A stretch of DNA of 64,000 bases from a bacterium (GCA_021814695.1 JAKAHY010000003.1:20692-84691), one strand, 5' to 3'; shown: positions 10,117 through 20,594, counted from the stretch's first letter. The notes: generated by a model not told the origin, from the sequence alone. Made by a program: numbers and translations.

Positions 10117-10156
10117 TGTACGGGAGAAAGCGCGTGTCCCGATAAATTAAAATTGA

Positions 10157-10185
10157 GAATCCCTGCCTACCGGTAGGCAGGGATT
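10157..10185. repeat. Palindromic repeat CCCTGCCTACCGGTAGGCAGGG
   Basis: Palindrome flanked by GAAT/ATTC; type of repeat common in CPR genomes. Confidence 0.6.
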
Positions 10186-10273
10186 CTAAGGAGGAGCGAA
10201 GCGACCACGTGAGATTCCCTCATCTTACTCATGTGATTTTTTATTTCAAAATATTTAATGTTATAATTTGCAC

Positions 10274-10597
10274 ATGGAATACAATAACATTACAACGGTA
10301 CTTGAGTTGCCGGGTAAAAAAATAGTTAAAAACTTCGGTTTAGTGAAGGGGATTACGGTGAGGTCAAGGTCAATTTTCGGAACGCTCGGGGGCGCGCTAC
10401 ATACTCTTGTCGGCGGAAATATTACTTTATTCACCAATCTGTGCGAAAAAACACGCCAGGAGTCTTTTGAGCTGATGGTTAAACACGCGGAGGAAATGGG
10501 AGCCAATGCGATTGTCGGAGTGCGTTACGACGCTAATGACGTTATGTCGGGAGTAACCGAAGTGCTTTGTTACGGAACGGCAGTTTTGGTTGAGTAA
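10274..10597 (+). CDS. YbjQ/UPF0145 family protein
   Basis: GLVKGITVRSR...GANAIVGVRYD...YGTAV. Confidence 0.9.
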   Translation: MEYNNITTVLELPGKKIVKNFGLVKGITVRSRSIFGTLGGALHTLVGGNITLFTNLCEKTRQESFELMVKHAEEMGANAIVGVRYDANDVMSGVTEVLCYGTAVLVE

Positions 10598-10731
10598 AAA
10601 ATTTAGCTTCCAAGAAATACCAAGAAGCCGGGAGTTTTTGATAAGAATAAAATAGCAACATTATAATTATATAGTTTCCTGCAGATAAAAACCGCTTTAA
10701 GCAAGGCGGTTTTTCTGGTAAGATAAATCCA

Positions 10732-11307
10732 ATGAAGAAAGAGAAATCGATTTTTATTAAGATACTTTTAATGGCGTTAGGCGTGTTTTTAATTGCGGGA
10801 GCGATGATATTTCTTAATATATTATCGGAAAATTACGTCACAACAATTCGCGATCTTCCCATGTATCTTGCTAATTATTTGTGGTTTTCTAAATCTTCGT
10901 CTCCACTTGAAATAATCAAGATGTCGGTTGATTCGCCCAATTCGCCTAATTTGACATATCCCTTTTCCGACACAAACATCAAAGTTGAATTGAAAAGTAA
11001 TACTTATGCATTTGTGAATGAATATTATTTTCAATTTTATCTGGACGGCGCTTATTATATGGATGGCGAAGGAATGCTCTCTCTTGCTCATGGCGATACA
11101 TATGAAGTGCCGCCTTCAACATTTGAGGCTGTTATTAGTAATATAGCCGAAGCTTGCAAATTCTCCGGCTTAAACGCTGGACAGCATAATCTTCTTTTAA
11201 AAGTCACTACGGACAAAAAAATATCATTAATGACGGATATGTCAGGGCCTACAGTTAGTGAAAAATCAATTCAATTCAATCTTGATAGCTCTTGTCAAAA
11301 AAAGTAG
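10732..11307 (+). CDS. Membrane-anchored hypothetical protein
   Basis: N-terminal TM followed by a soluble domain. Confidence 0.6.
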   Translation: MKKEKSIFIKILLMALGVFLIAGAMIFLNILSENYVTTIRDLPMYLANYLWFSKSSSPLEIIKMSVDSPNSPNLTYPFSDTNIKVELKSNTYAFVNEYYFQFYLDGAYYMDGEGMLSLAHGDTYEVPPSTFEAVISNIAEACKFSGLNAGQHNLLLKVTTDKKISLMTDMSGPTVSEKSIQFNLDSSCQKK

Positions 11308-11333
11308 CATAAATAAGATTCACGTTTTGTAAT

Positions 11334-12029
11334 ATGTCTTTCGAAAAACCAAAACCAATACCCGAAGAAAACGAACTCCCTCTTAAGATTTCTAAATCAG
11401 AAGCATCTGCTCACCAAGGCAGGGAATCGGCTTTGACCGATATTAAACTTGAAGGCAAGGACCAAGCCTTTGCTTTAAAGGAGGTAAAGAAAGAAGAGTT
11501 TGCATCCATTGAGGAAATGAAAAAGAGCAAGGATTTTTACGACCATCTTAAAAGAATGCCGGGATTGGGAAAATTTGTTTTAAACACCAGTTTTTTCAGC
11601 GCGCGGGAAACCGCTCAGGAAAATCCTCACGCTTACAGAATCCAAAAACTTGTAGAGGGTAAAAGATTGGACGAGCTGAAAGACGAAGAGCTCTATTCCG
11701 ATCCGGAGCTTACAAAGCAGTTGCTTGATTTTGTTGACTCCGCCATCGAATCTCTTAAGAAAGCGAACGAAAGCAAAGAGGGCAGCCCCGATTTTTACGG
11801 GGACAAATTGGCGGCGATTTATCTGTACAATCCCAGATACAGCGGAAACATAATTATTGCCGATAAACCGGATGAAAATGGAAGAAGGATATTTTTAGTG
11901 GATACCAGCCGGCAAGTTCAGCAGGCGAGCAAAATAGGCGGTCTGTATCAAAAACACGTAGGAAGCCAACTGCAGATTATTCAGCTCGAGAGGTGGAAGA
12001 AAAAAATAGAAGAACGCCTGGCTAAATAA
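11334..12029 (+). CDS. Hypothetical protein, possible kinase-like fold
   Basis: FALK, IQKLVEGK, PDF..NIII, FLVD motifs reminiscent of protein-kinase-like folds. Confidence 0.5.
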   Translation: MSFEKPKPIPEENELPLKISKSEASAHQGRESALTDIKLEGKDQAFALKEVKKEEFASIEEMKKSKDFYDHLKRMPGLGKFVLNTSFFSARETAQENPHAYRIQKLVEGKRLDELKDEELYSDPELTKQLLDFVDSAIESLKKANESKEGSPDFYGDKLAAIYLYNPRYSGNIIIADKPDENGRRIFLVDTSRQVQQASKIGGLYQKHVGSQLQIIQLERWKKKIEERLAK

Positions 12030-12054
12030 GAATTCGAACCGGCTACGTTGCGTA

Positions 12055-13380
12055 TTAGCCGCCGATTACAACTTTGGAAATTCCGAATATATTCCTGACC
12101 GAATAGTGGTCGGAAAAACTTATATCTTTTCCATTTGCGATATACGGGTCGCGCATAAGATATTTTCCTCTACTGCCACTGACCAGAACGACAAAATGGG
12201 TTCCTCCATAAGCCTTAAGCCCGATAACGACAGGGTTGCCGGTTGAAAGCGTTGAATCGATTGCGGCGGTTTTACGCGTCACACTCACGCCGTCGACGTT
12301 GATGGTATACAAAAGATATGCCGGATAATAGACGGCAAAATTATCCGGATTGGAATTTATCGTCACGGGAGTAACGTCCCGATAATTATAGTGAGTCATT
12401 ATCATCGCCATAGATGTAACCAGACATCCGTCGCTGGCAAGATTAAATTGCGTTCCGTTGAGAGCGTTGCTGCCCCAAGCCATATCCCGCTGATTGTAAT
12501 AGCAGCCCCAAGCATCGCAGACGGTTTGATTGGGGAGTAGTTTTGAACCGCCGGCATTTTTGACGAAATCCGAAAAACTTTTTACCTGAGCTTCTGCGGC
12601 GGCGAGTAATTTTTGGTAATTCGATTCCTGAGCCTTTGTGTCGGCAAGCAACTGGTTTTTGGATTGGACTGTTGCGGCCAGAGATTTTTGCTGAAGCGCC
12701 AGAGATTTATTTTGCGCCGTAAGTGTGGCCTGTTTTTCCCTGGATGCAGCCTGAGAATTGGTCAGATCAACTTTCTGCGCTTTGAGGGAGCTGATATTGT
12801 CTTGGATGTCGTTTTCCAGCTGGATGTTGGCGTTGATGTCGTCCCAAATCTGGGAAATGGTATCGGATGATAACATTTGCATAAGTAACGATTGCCCGTC
12901 GGCTATTTGAAGGTTTCTCAAATATGCCCCAAGCGTTGTTCTGTTTGTGGCGATTGTTTTTTCCGTATCCACTATTTTCCCTCCCAACTGTTTAATTTGC
13001 AGTTGAGTCGTGTTTATCTGGCGTTGAGTCACCGATATCTGTGCCTCCACTTTTTTTCGCTGCAAGTCGAGAGTGTTAATTGCGGCCTGAAGCGTTTTTT
13101 TATCCGCTCCTATCTGCTGAAGTTTTACCTGATATTGTGCAATTTGCAGATTTAGGGTGGCTATCTGCTGATTATCGGCATCAATTTGAGCCTGAAGAGA
13201 GTTTGAATCCGGCGTCGCTGTTGTGGTTGCTGCCTGAACTGCCATCGATCCCCAAACGATAATGACATAAATAAAAACGGCAGTAAAAAGCGTGGCGAAT
13301 GTTATTTTGCGTGTTATGTGTGAATTCATCAGAGTTAAACCTATTCTATTCATTTTTCCCGATATTGGATGCTTCGTCAA
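12055..13380 (-). CDS. Secreted coiled-coil protein with C-terminal C39-like cysteine peptidase
   Basis: Signal/TM, PcsB-like coiled coil, YYNQRD..W, GCLVTSMAM, THFVV, MRDPY; true start may be ATG at 13329. Confidence 0.8.
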   Translation of the reverse strand: MTKHPISGKMNRIGLTLMNSHITRKITFATLFTAVFIYVIIVWGSMAVQAATTTATPDSNSLQAQIDADNQQIATLNLQIAQYQVKLQQIGADKKTLQAAINTLDLQRKKVEAQISVTQRQINTTQLQIKQLGGKIVDTEKTIATNRTTLGAYLRNLQIADGQSLLMQMLSSDTISQIWDDINANIQLENDIQDNISSLKAQKVDLTNSQAASREKQATLTAQNKSLALQQKSLAATVQSKNQLLADTKAQESNYQKLLAAAEAQVKSFSDFVKNAGGSKLLPNQTVCDAWGCYYNQRDMAWGSNALNGTQFNLASDGCLVTSMAMIMTHYNYRDVTPVTINSNPDNFAVYYPAYLLYTINVDGVSVTRKTAAIDSTLSTGNPVVIGLKAYGGTHFVVLVSGSRGKYLMRDPYIANGKDISFSDHYSVRNIFGISKVVIGG

Positions 13381-13409
13381 ATGCTGTTTATTTATTTGAT
13401 TTTATTATT

Positions 13410-13437
13410 TGCACCAAAAACATAAAACCGCACGTAT
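13410..13437 (+). promoter_or_regulatory. Putative ECF sigma promoter TGCACC-N17-CGTA
   Basis: Same motif and spacing recur at 15025-15051. Confidence 0.65.
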
Positions 13438-13493
13438 TATTACCTGTAGGGTTAGAAAAGCCATCTAACTCAAATAATTAATAATAAAAAATT

Positions 13494-14342
13494 ATGTTAA
13501 GAAAAAATTACGTTTCTTTGTTGGCAATATTAGGCGTAGCAATCGTTGTAGTTTTAATCGCGCCGATGGTGGCCCAAACTATGGGACTGGCAATGGGAAT
13601 TGCCTCGGTTACTCCGGTATTTGCCGAGACGACAAGTGCCAACAGCAATGTGCCTGTAGGACATTTTTATCGGGGAGAGGGTTCCGATAGGGAAAACGGA
13701 GCCAATATGAGACCCGCGGTCTTTGGAACGGTCTCGGCGGTAAATGGAAACATGATTACCGTTACCAGTAAGCTCAGATTTAGACGTAGCGGCAATAATG
13801 CCACGACCACCGCCGCCACTACTGCGACCTATACGGTTGATGCGAGCAAGGCTACCGTTACAAAAAACGGAGCAAGCTCATCGGTCGCAAATATTGCGGT
13901 CGGAGACATGATCATGGTTCAGGGAACCGTTAGCGGAACAAATGTTACCGCAACGGCAATCAGAGATAATGTTGTCCAGCGGGATTTTCAAAGAACGCAG
14001 CCAAACCCGATAATTCAGGGAAATGGCCAGCCGATAGTCAGCGGTAGCGTGACTGCGATCAACGGTAATACCATTACTATTACCAATAAGAGCAATGTCA
14101 CTTACACTATTGATGCTTCCGGCGCCACGGTTCAGAGCGGAAACTCAACCTCGACTCTTTCAAGCATAGTTACCGGCGATAATGTGATTGTCCAGGGTGC
14201 CGTAAACGGAACTTCGGTGACTGCGTCCTCAATTATCGTTCAGGGAAAGCCCGCCAATACGGCGTCTGAAGATTCATCCAGACCTCGATTGGGATTTCTT
14301 GGGGGAATATTCGGATTCTTCCAGCATTTATTTGGATTTTAA
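13494..14342 (+). CDS. Secreted protein with two OB-fold-like (DUF5666-like) repeats
   Basis: Signal peptide; repeated G.V.A.NGN.IT...YT.DAS.ATV...GD...VQG.V.GT.VTA. Confidence 0.7.
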   Translation: MLRKNYVSLLAILGVAIVVVLIAPMVAQTMGLAMGIASVTPVFAETTSANSNVPVGHFYRGEGSDRENGANMRPAVFGTVSAVNGNMITVTSKLRFRRSGNNATTTAATTATYTVDASKATVTKNGASSSVANIAVGDMIMVQGTVSGTNVTATAIRDNVVQRDFQRTQPNPIIQGNGQPIVSGSVTAINGNTITITNKSNVTYTIDASGATVQSGNSTSTLSSIVTGDNVIVQGAVNGTSVTASSIIVQGKPANTASEDSSRPRLGFLGGIFGFFQHLFGF

Positions 14343-14472
14343 TCATTGAAATTAATTGGATGTCAAAAACAGAAGGATTGTCGCCCTTCTGTTTTTTGCG
14401 GAAAGATAGGTCCCATTCTTTTCTGGTATAATTATTGACAGGAAAGGATAAAAACAAGTATCGTGCCAACCT

Positions 14473-15018
14473 ATGCAATCTGATGAGCAATTAGTCGGCT
14501 TATATCTGAAAGGGGAGGAACACTCGCTTGAGATTTTGATAGGCAGGCATGCCGGCCATGTTTTTAATTTTATACATCAGTACGTAAAGAACTCCGACCA
14601 AGCCGAGGATTTGACTCAGGAAACTTTCGTAAAGATTTGGAAAAACATAAAAAAGTTTGACGTTAAAAAAAGTTTTCGGATCTGGATGTTTCAGATTGCC
14701 CGCAACACGACCATAGATTTTTTAAGAAAGAAGAAGAACATAAATTTTTCCGAATTGGAAAAAAATGACGGGACCGAATTTGATGCCGTAGACGAATCCT
14801 TAAACCCCGAAGAAATTTTGGAGAGGAAATCATCCGAAGAGGCCGTAACAGGAGCGTTGGAAAAAATTTCGGACAAACACCGTTCGGTAATTACTCTTTA
14901 CTATCGCGAAGGATTTAATTTGAGGGAAATATCCGAAATTATGGATCAACCGTTGGATACCATCAAAAGCCGTCATCGCAGGGCTTTAGGGGAGCTTAAA
15001 AGATTGTTGTCCAAATGA
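14473..15018 (+). CDS. ECF family RNA polymerase sigma factor
   Basis: AEDLTQETFVKIW, W..QIARN..IDFLRK, region 4 EISEIM....TIKSR. Confidence 0.93.
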   Translation: MQSDEQLVGLYLKGEEHSLEILIGRHAGHVFNFIHQYVKNSDQAEDLTQETFVKIWKNIKKFDVKKSFRIWMFQIARNTTIDFLRKKKNINFSELEKNDGTEFDAVDESLNPEEILERKSSEEAVTGALEKISDKHRSVITLYYREGFNLREISEIMDQPLDTIKSRHRRALGELKRLLSK

Positions 15019-15024
15019 CGAAAA

Positions 15025-15052
15025 TGCACCAAAATTATAAGATAATGCGTAT
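15025..15052 (+). promoter_or_regulatory. Putative ECF sigma promoter TGCACC-N17-CGTA
   Basis: Matches 13410-13436; lies just upstream of the 15063 ORF. Confidence 0.65.
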
Positions 15053-15062
15053 ATAACAGCGT

Positions 15063-15500
15063 ATGGAAAAACGGGAAAAAATTGAAAATATTCTTTCCGG
15101 ATCATTGATTCAGTCCCCGGAAGGGCTTTCGGATAAAATTATTTTGGCAATCAGCATCCGAGCCAAAAGATCCGCAAGAATCAGAGCGTATGTTTTTTCC
15201 GCCACCTCGTTTGCGTCGGCGGTTTTGTTGTATCTTACGGGTAAGATGGCCGTCTCCGAATTGTACAGGAGCGGCACCTCTCAAGTTTTCTCTCTCGTAT
15301 TTTCCGATTTTCAAACGGTTGTGAGTAATTTAAGCTCGTTTGTCCTGACTATCGCCGAATCGTTGCCGGTTTTGCCGATAGTATATGCAATCTCGAGCGC
15401 CGTTGCTCTTTTTGTCCTGTCGGCTTTTGCGATAAACAATATTAAAAAAACGGAGTCGATCAAAATAAATTTTTATAAAAATGGATACAAACATGCTTAA
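15063..15500 (+). CDS. Membrane protein, putative anti-sigma factor
   Basis: Directly after the ECF sigma gene; short cytoplasmic N-terminus plus TM helices. Confidence 0.55.
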   Translation: MEKREKIENILSGSLIQSPEGLSDKIILAISIRAKRSARIRAYVFSATSFASAVLLYLTGKMAVSELYRSGTSQVFSLVFSDFQTVVSNLSSFVLTIAESLPVLPIVYAISSAVALFVLSAFAINNIKKTESIKINFYKNGYKHA

Positions 15501-15984
15501 GTCGAAATGGTTTAGGATAGCGGTCTGCTCGGCATTGGGGCTTATTGTCCTTTTGCTGGTTTTTTTGTTGGGCGCGTATATAGGCGAAAAGAAAGCCGAG
15601 TTCGGATACCAGTGGGGACAAAATTACGGAAGATTTTTTGGCGAACCCAGAGTGGGATTCTTCAATAACGCCACCGGGAGCAGCATGCAGGGTCCGCAAG
15701 GGCCGATGGGAATGAATGCCTTCGGTAATGGAGGAGTTGTGTTGAAAGTCGACGGTTCCACGATGGCGATAAAAGGTAATGACAATATAGAAAAAGTTGT
15801 CGCTATCGATGCTCAAACTCTTATCCGGGAAGGAAACACCGCCGTTTCTTTGAGTGATGTCGAGCCCGGGGACCAAGTTGTAGTTATCGGTTCTCCCAAT
15901 AACAGCGGACAGATAATTGCCAGATTTATTCGCGTGTTTGAACGCCAAACTCAGCCGACTCCGACAAGCACTATCAATAAATAA
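15481..15984 (+). CDS. Membrane-anchored OB-fold-like hypothetical protein
   Basis: TM followed by G.V.KVDG...GDQVVVIG.P...IIARFIR. Confidence 0.6.
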   Translation: MDTNMLKSKWFRIAVCSALGLIVLLLVFLLGAYIGEKKAEFGYQWGQNYGRFFGEPRVGFFNNATGSSMQGPQGPMGMNAFGNGGVVLKVDGSTMAIKGNDNIEKVVAIDAQTLIREGNTAVSLSDVEPGDQVVVIGSPNNSGQIIARFIRVFERQTQPTPTSTINK

Positions 15985-16006
15985 TTAAATTAATTTCAAT
16001 AAAAAA

Positions 16007-17752
16007 ATGAGCTGGATAAAAAGCACCGCCGGTCTGGTTTGGAGTAAGGCAATAGCGCATAAATTTATAGCATTTATCATTATCGTCGCTGTTGTCGGCG
16101 GAGGATACTACGAATACAAACATTTAACTGCGGGAACGGTGACGACTCAGTATGTTACTTCGGCCGCGGAGAAAGGAACTCTTGTTGTTTCTGTTTCGGG
16201 AAGCGGCCAGGTTTCGGCTTCCAATCAGACCAATATTCAGGCGCAGGTGTCGGGAATAGTTTCCAGCGTTCCGGTAACCGATAACCAGAAAGTTAAAGCC
16301 GGACAAATCCTTGTGATCTTGGATACGACAAATGACGAAAGGGCTGTCCGCAATGCGCAATCCAGTTTGGAAAATGCGCAACTGGCATTACAAACTCTTT
16401 TACAGCCGCCAAGTACGTCTACATTGCTTCAATCCCAGCAATCAGTGGTTCAATCCCAGCAGTCTCTTCAGAACGGACAAAATAGTCTAGCTTCGGATTA
16501 TACGAGCGCTTACGCCGACGTCTCGAATGTTTTTATTGACCTTTCCGGGGTCATGGCCGGACTGAATAATGTTTTGTACAGTACGAGCATTAACAAAATT
16601 CAGGCCAATGTTGACGCGTACACAAATCTGATAGCCGATATCAATGCCAATGCCACTCAATATCATGACAGCGCCATATCCGGATATCAGGCAGCCTATG
16701 CCGCATACAATCAGGCTTTGGCGGATTATAAAAACTCGAGTATAAACTCCAGCACTTCAACAATAGAATCTTTACTCTCCGAAACATACGGTACGCTCAA
16801 AATAGTTTCTACCGCCAACAGCAATGTCAAAAATTTGCTGGACTTGGTCAACACAACTTTGCAGCAGCAGGGGAATTTAAAAATTCCGGCTCAGTTGAAT
16901 GTGGACGAAACGAGCATGCAGTCTTATATCTCGACGACAAATAATCATCTCCAGACAATTTTACAGATTCAAAATTCTATTCAATCCGATAAGCAGGCGA
17001 TAACCATCGGACAAATTTCGGTAAAACAAACAGCCGCAGCTCTTGAACAGCTTCAGAGCGGACCGACTCAGCTTCAGATTCAAACTCAGAAATTGTCGGT
17101 GACTCAGGCGCAAAATGCGCTCTCGGACGCAAAAGAAAATCTTAACAACGATTATGTTAGGGCTCCTTTTGACGGAATTATTACCGACATAACCGCCCGC
17201 GTGGGACAGCCGGCAAGTGGTACTCTGGCGGTTCTTGTCAGCAATGCTCAGCTGGCTCAGGCGACCCTCAACGAAGTGGACGTGGTTAATGTTAAAGTCG
17301 GCCAGCAGGCGACCGTGACTTTTGATGCTCTTCCGGATATGACGCTTACGGGAAAAGTATCCGAAGTTGATACTATAGGCACCGTTGTCCAGGGAGTTGT
17401 GAGTTATAACGTTCAGGTAGCGTTGGACGTTTCGAATGATCAAGTCAGGCCGGGGATGAGTGATACTTTGGCGATAATTACCAATGTAAAACAGGATGTT
17501 CTGCTTGTTCCCAATGCCGCAATCAGCACCAAGAGTGACGCCTCATATGTCCAGGTTTTGGGCGCGGATGGATTGCCGACACAGGTGGAAGTAACGACCG
17601 GATTGGCAAACGATACCCAAACCGAAATTCTTTCGGGAATTAATGAGGGAGACAAAGTCGTAACCAGAACAATTACATCAACCGCAACGACCCCGACAAC
17701 GCAATCTTCGGGCGGGTTGGGCGGAATTAGAATTCCGGGAATCGGGCGATAA
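16007..17752 (+). CDS. Efflux periplasmic adaptor subunit (MacA-like)
   Basis: TM, lipoyl-like halves, long coiled coil, RAPFDG, VLLVPNAAI. Confidence 0.88.
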   Translation: MSWIKSTAGLVWSKAIAHKFIAFIIIVAVVGGGYYEYKHLTAGTVTTQYVTSAAEKGTLVVSVSGSGQVSASNQTNIQAQVSGIVSSVPVTDNQKVKAGQILVILDTTNDERAVRNAQSSLENAQLALQTLLQPPSTSTLLQSQQSVVQSQQSLQNGQNSLASDYTSAYADVSNVFIDLSGVMAGLNNVLYSTSINKIQANVDAYTNLIADINANATQYHDSAISGYQAAYAAYNQALADYKNSSINSSTSTIESLLSETYGTLKIVSTANSNVKNLLDLVNTTLQQQGNLKIPAQLNVDETSMQSYISTTNNHLQTILQIQNSIQSDKQAITIGQISVKQTAAALEQLQSGPTQLQIQTQKLSVTQAQNALSDAKENLNNDYVRAPFDGIITDITARVGQPASGTLAVLVSNAQLAQATLNEVDVVNVKVGQQATVTFDALPDMTLTGKVSEVDTIGTVVQGVVSYNVQVALDVSNDQVRPGMSDTLAIITNVKQDVLLVPNAAISTKSDASYVQVLGADGLPTQVEVTTGLANDTQTEILSGINEGDKVVTRTITSTATTPTTQSSGGLGGIRIPGIGR

Positions 17753-17756
17753 AAAT

Positions 17757-18473
17757 ATGATTGAACTTAAAGGCGTAAATAAAGTTTATAAAACCGGAGA
17801 CGTAGAAACGTGGGCCTTAAAAGATATTTCATTCAAAGTGAATGACGGAGAATTTATTTCCATTATGGGGCCTTCGGGTTCGGGAAAATCAACGCTGATG
17901 CACATCATCGGAGCGTTGGATACTCCCACAAGCGGCGAGTATCTTCTGGACGGCAAGGATGTTTCCAAAATGGCCGACGACGAGTTGGCCGATATCCGAA
18001 ACGATAAAATCGGATTTGTTTTTCAGCAGTTTAATCTTTTACCAAGAATCACGGTTTTTCGTAACGTTATGCTTCCGCTTATATATGCCGGGACTCCAAA
18101 AGAAGCGCGCGAAGAATCGGCGCGTAAAGCTTTGATTTCGGCCGCGTTGCCGGAAAATTGGTGGACTCATCATTCCAACCAGCTTTCGGGAGGACAGATG
18201 CAACGTGTGGCTATTGCCAGAGCATTGGTCAATAATCCGACGATAATTTTAGCCGATGAGCCGACGGGAAATTTGGATTCCAAAACCGGAGAAATAGTTT
18301 TAGGCACATTTCAGAAACTTCACGAACAGGGGCGCACAATAGTTTTGATTACCCACGAACTTTATGTTGCCGAACACGCCGAGAGAATCATTCACATTGT
18401 TGACGGCCAGGTAAAATCCGACAGCAAGAGCCATCCCCGAAGAAAAATATCAATGAAAGATTACAAAGATTAA
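17757..18473 (+). CDS. ABC transporter ATP-binding protein (MacB/LolD family)
   Basis: [31 protein letters not shown]. Confidence 0.95.
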   Translation: MIELKGVNKVYKTGDVETWALKDISFKVNDGEFISIMGPSGSGKSTLMHIIGALDTPTSGEYLLDGKDVSKMADDELADIRNDKIGFVFQQFNLLPRITVFRNVMLPLIYAGTPKEAREESARKALISAALPENWWTHHSNQLSGGQMQRVAIARALVNNPTIILADEPTGNLDSKTGEIVLGTFQKLHEQGRTIVLITHELYVAEHAERIIHIVDGQVKSDSKSHPRRKISMKDYKD

Positions 18474-18482
18474 CACCCAAAT

Positions 18483-19706
18483 ATGGAAATATCGGAATTA
18501 TTACAAGAAGCATTTTCAGCCGTGACGCTCAATAAGGCGCGCTCGGGTTTGACGATTTTGGGTATAGTCATCGGAATCGGTTCGGTTATTGCCATGATCT
18601 CCATCGGCCAGGGGGCTCAGGGTTCCATTACTTCAAGTATTCAATCTATCGGCTCCAATCTTATTTTGATTACGCCCGGATTTCAGCGGACTCCCGGAAG
18701 CCAGGTGAGCGCCGGCCGCGGGAGTGCCGAAACTTTGCGTCAGGAAGACGCCGACGCCATCGCCAACCAGGTATCAATGATACAAGCAGTTGCTCCCGAA
18801 ATAACCCGTCGCTATCAGATTACGGCATTGGGTAAAAACACGAATACCTCCGTTGTCGGAACCGTTTCCAGTTATCCGGAAGTAAGAAACATTCAGATAG
18901 ATTTGGGAAATTTTATTACCGACCAAAACGTAAAGGACGGTTCCAAAGTGGCCGTGCTGGGTCCGACTACCCGGGACGATCTTTTCGGTACCGGCGTGGA
19001 CCCAACGGGAAAAACCATCCGTATTAATAATATAAATTTCCAGGTGGTCGGAGTTACCGTAGCTAAAGGTGGAAGCGGATTTGGGAGCCAGGATGATATG
19101 ATATTTGTTCCGATTTCAACGGCTCAAAGATATTTGGAAGGGGATACTTATGTAACCACAATCAGCGTCGAGGCGCAGGATGCGCAATCGATGACTCAAG
19201 TTCAGGATCAGATAACCAGCCTGCTTTTGGAAAGGCATCATATTTCCGATCCGACTCTGGCGGATTTTCAGGTATTAAACCAAACCGATATTCTTTCGAC
19301 GGCATCGACCATTACCAATACCTTCACTATTCTCTTGGCTTCAATTGCAGGAATTTCTTTGATTGTCGGAGGTATCGGAATCATGAATATGATGCTCACA
19401 ACCGTTACCGAGAGAACGCGTGAAATAGGATTAAGAAAAGCCATCGGCGCCAAGAAGCGGGATATCAGCACTCAGTTTCTGATAGAGTCGGTGATGCTGA
19501 CTTTCTTGGGTGGTATAGTGGGAATTATATTAGGCTGGATGCTTTCAATGCTGGTAACTTATTTTGCGGGTATTACCACGAGTATTTCCTGGTGGTCAAT
19601 TCTGCTGGCATTTGGAGTGTCGGCCGGAATCGGAATCGTATTCGGATATTATCCGGCCCGTCGTGCGGCCTCTCTTAATCCGATAGAAGCTTTGAGATAC
19701 GAATAA
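18483..19706 (+). CDS. MacB/FtsX-type ABC permease
   Basis: LTILGIVIGI, VGGIGIMN, ERTREIG, PIEALRYE. Confidence 0.93.
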   Translation: MEISELLQEAFSAVTLNKARSGLTILGIVIGIGSVIAMISIGQGAQGSITSSIQSIGSNLILITPGFQRTPGSQVSAGRGSAETLRQEDADAIANQVSMIQAVAPEITRRYQITALGKNTNTSVVGTVSSYPEVRNIQIDLGNFITDQNVKDGSKVAVLGPTTRDDLFGTGVDPTGKTIRINNINFQVVGVTVAKGGSGFGSQDDMIFVPISTAQRYLEGDTYVTTISVEAQDAQSMTQVQDQITSLLLERHHISDPTLADFQVLNQTDILSTASTITNTFTILLASIAGISLIVGGIGIMNMMLTTVTERTREIGLRKAIGAKKRDISTQFLIESVMLTFLGGIVGIILGWMLSMLVTYFAGITTSISWWSILLAFGVSAGIGIVFGYYPARRAASLNPIEALRYE

Positions 19707-19734
19707 TAAATATAAAAACAACTAAAATAAAAAA

Positions 19735-20178
19735 ATGAATAACAAAAAAGATATGAAAAAAATGTTGCCAATGGCAATAGTGGCAGTCGTCGCTTTGGTA
19801 GCGGGATATTTTGCGGGCGCGCATTTCGGTTCGGGCACTCAGCCTTCGAGCACAAGAAATTTCGGCAATTATCAGCAAGCCGGAGGCGCTGCTGCCGGTA
19901 GAAGAGTCGGAGCAGTCGGTGCGGGTTTTGTCCGCGGAAACATCATTTCCAAAAACGATACCAGCATAACCATCCAACAGCCGGACGGAAGTTCCAAAAT
20001 AATATTATTTTCCGCTTCTACGCCGGTTATGAAATCGGTAACGGGAAGCTCCACTGATCTATCCACGGGACAGGAAGCAACAGTCATCGGAACGACAAAT
20101 TCCGACGGCAGTGTAACGGCGCAATCGATTCAATTGGGACAACAAAGGCCGCAAATTCAAACTCAAACAAATCAATGA
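19735..20178 (+). CDS. Membrane-anchored DUF5666-like protein
   Basis: TM followed by G.IISK...DGSSKII...V.G..NSDGSVTAQSIQ. Confidence 0.65.
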   Translation: MNNKKDMKKMLPMAIVAVVALVAGYFAGAHFGSGTQPSSTRNFGNYQQAGGAAAGRRVGAVGAGFVRGNIISKNDTSITIQQPDGSSKIILFSASTPVMKSVTGSSTDLSTGQEATVIGTTNSDGSVTAQSIQLGQQRPQIQTQTNQ

Positions 20179-20594
20179 AAAAATACATAATCACTACGGT
20201 TTCGATTATCGCCGCCGTAGCATTGTTGGTGGTGGGTTATTTTGTCTTTGTAGGAATGTCTGGAAAAACAGTTTCCACAACTCCCGGAGCCAAACTTTCC
20301 GACCAACCTTACGCTAAATTCGCTTATTTAGTTTCGGGCGACACGTTAAGTCCCGAGGCTCAAACCGCACTTGCCGGATTTACCGTCCAAAAACAACCGG
20401 CGTCCGATGGGGGAACGGATATCACTTTAAAATCAACTCAGGCCGGCGGACAGGACCTGCAATATCATTTACAGAAAGGCCAGCAACTATATTTCGTTGA
20501 GACCAGTATGGGAGACGATCAGGGCAATCAGGAATATGGGATGTACGACGATAAAGGAGTGATAACGGATGCCAACGGATATATAGTTCAATAA
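20175..20594 (+). CDS. Membrane-anchored hypothetical protein
   Basis: 4-bp overlap with upstream gene; N-terminal TM. Confidence 0.65.
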   Translation: MKKYIITTVSIIAAVALLVVGYFVFVGMSGKTVSTTPGAKLSDQPYAKFAYLVSGDTLSPEAQTALAGFTVQKQPASDGGTDITLKSTQAGGQDLQYHLQKGQQLYFVETSMGDDQGNQEYGMYDDKGVITDANGYIVQ

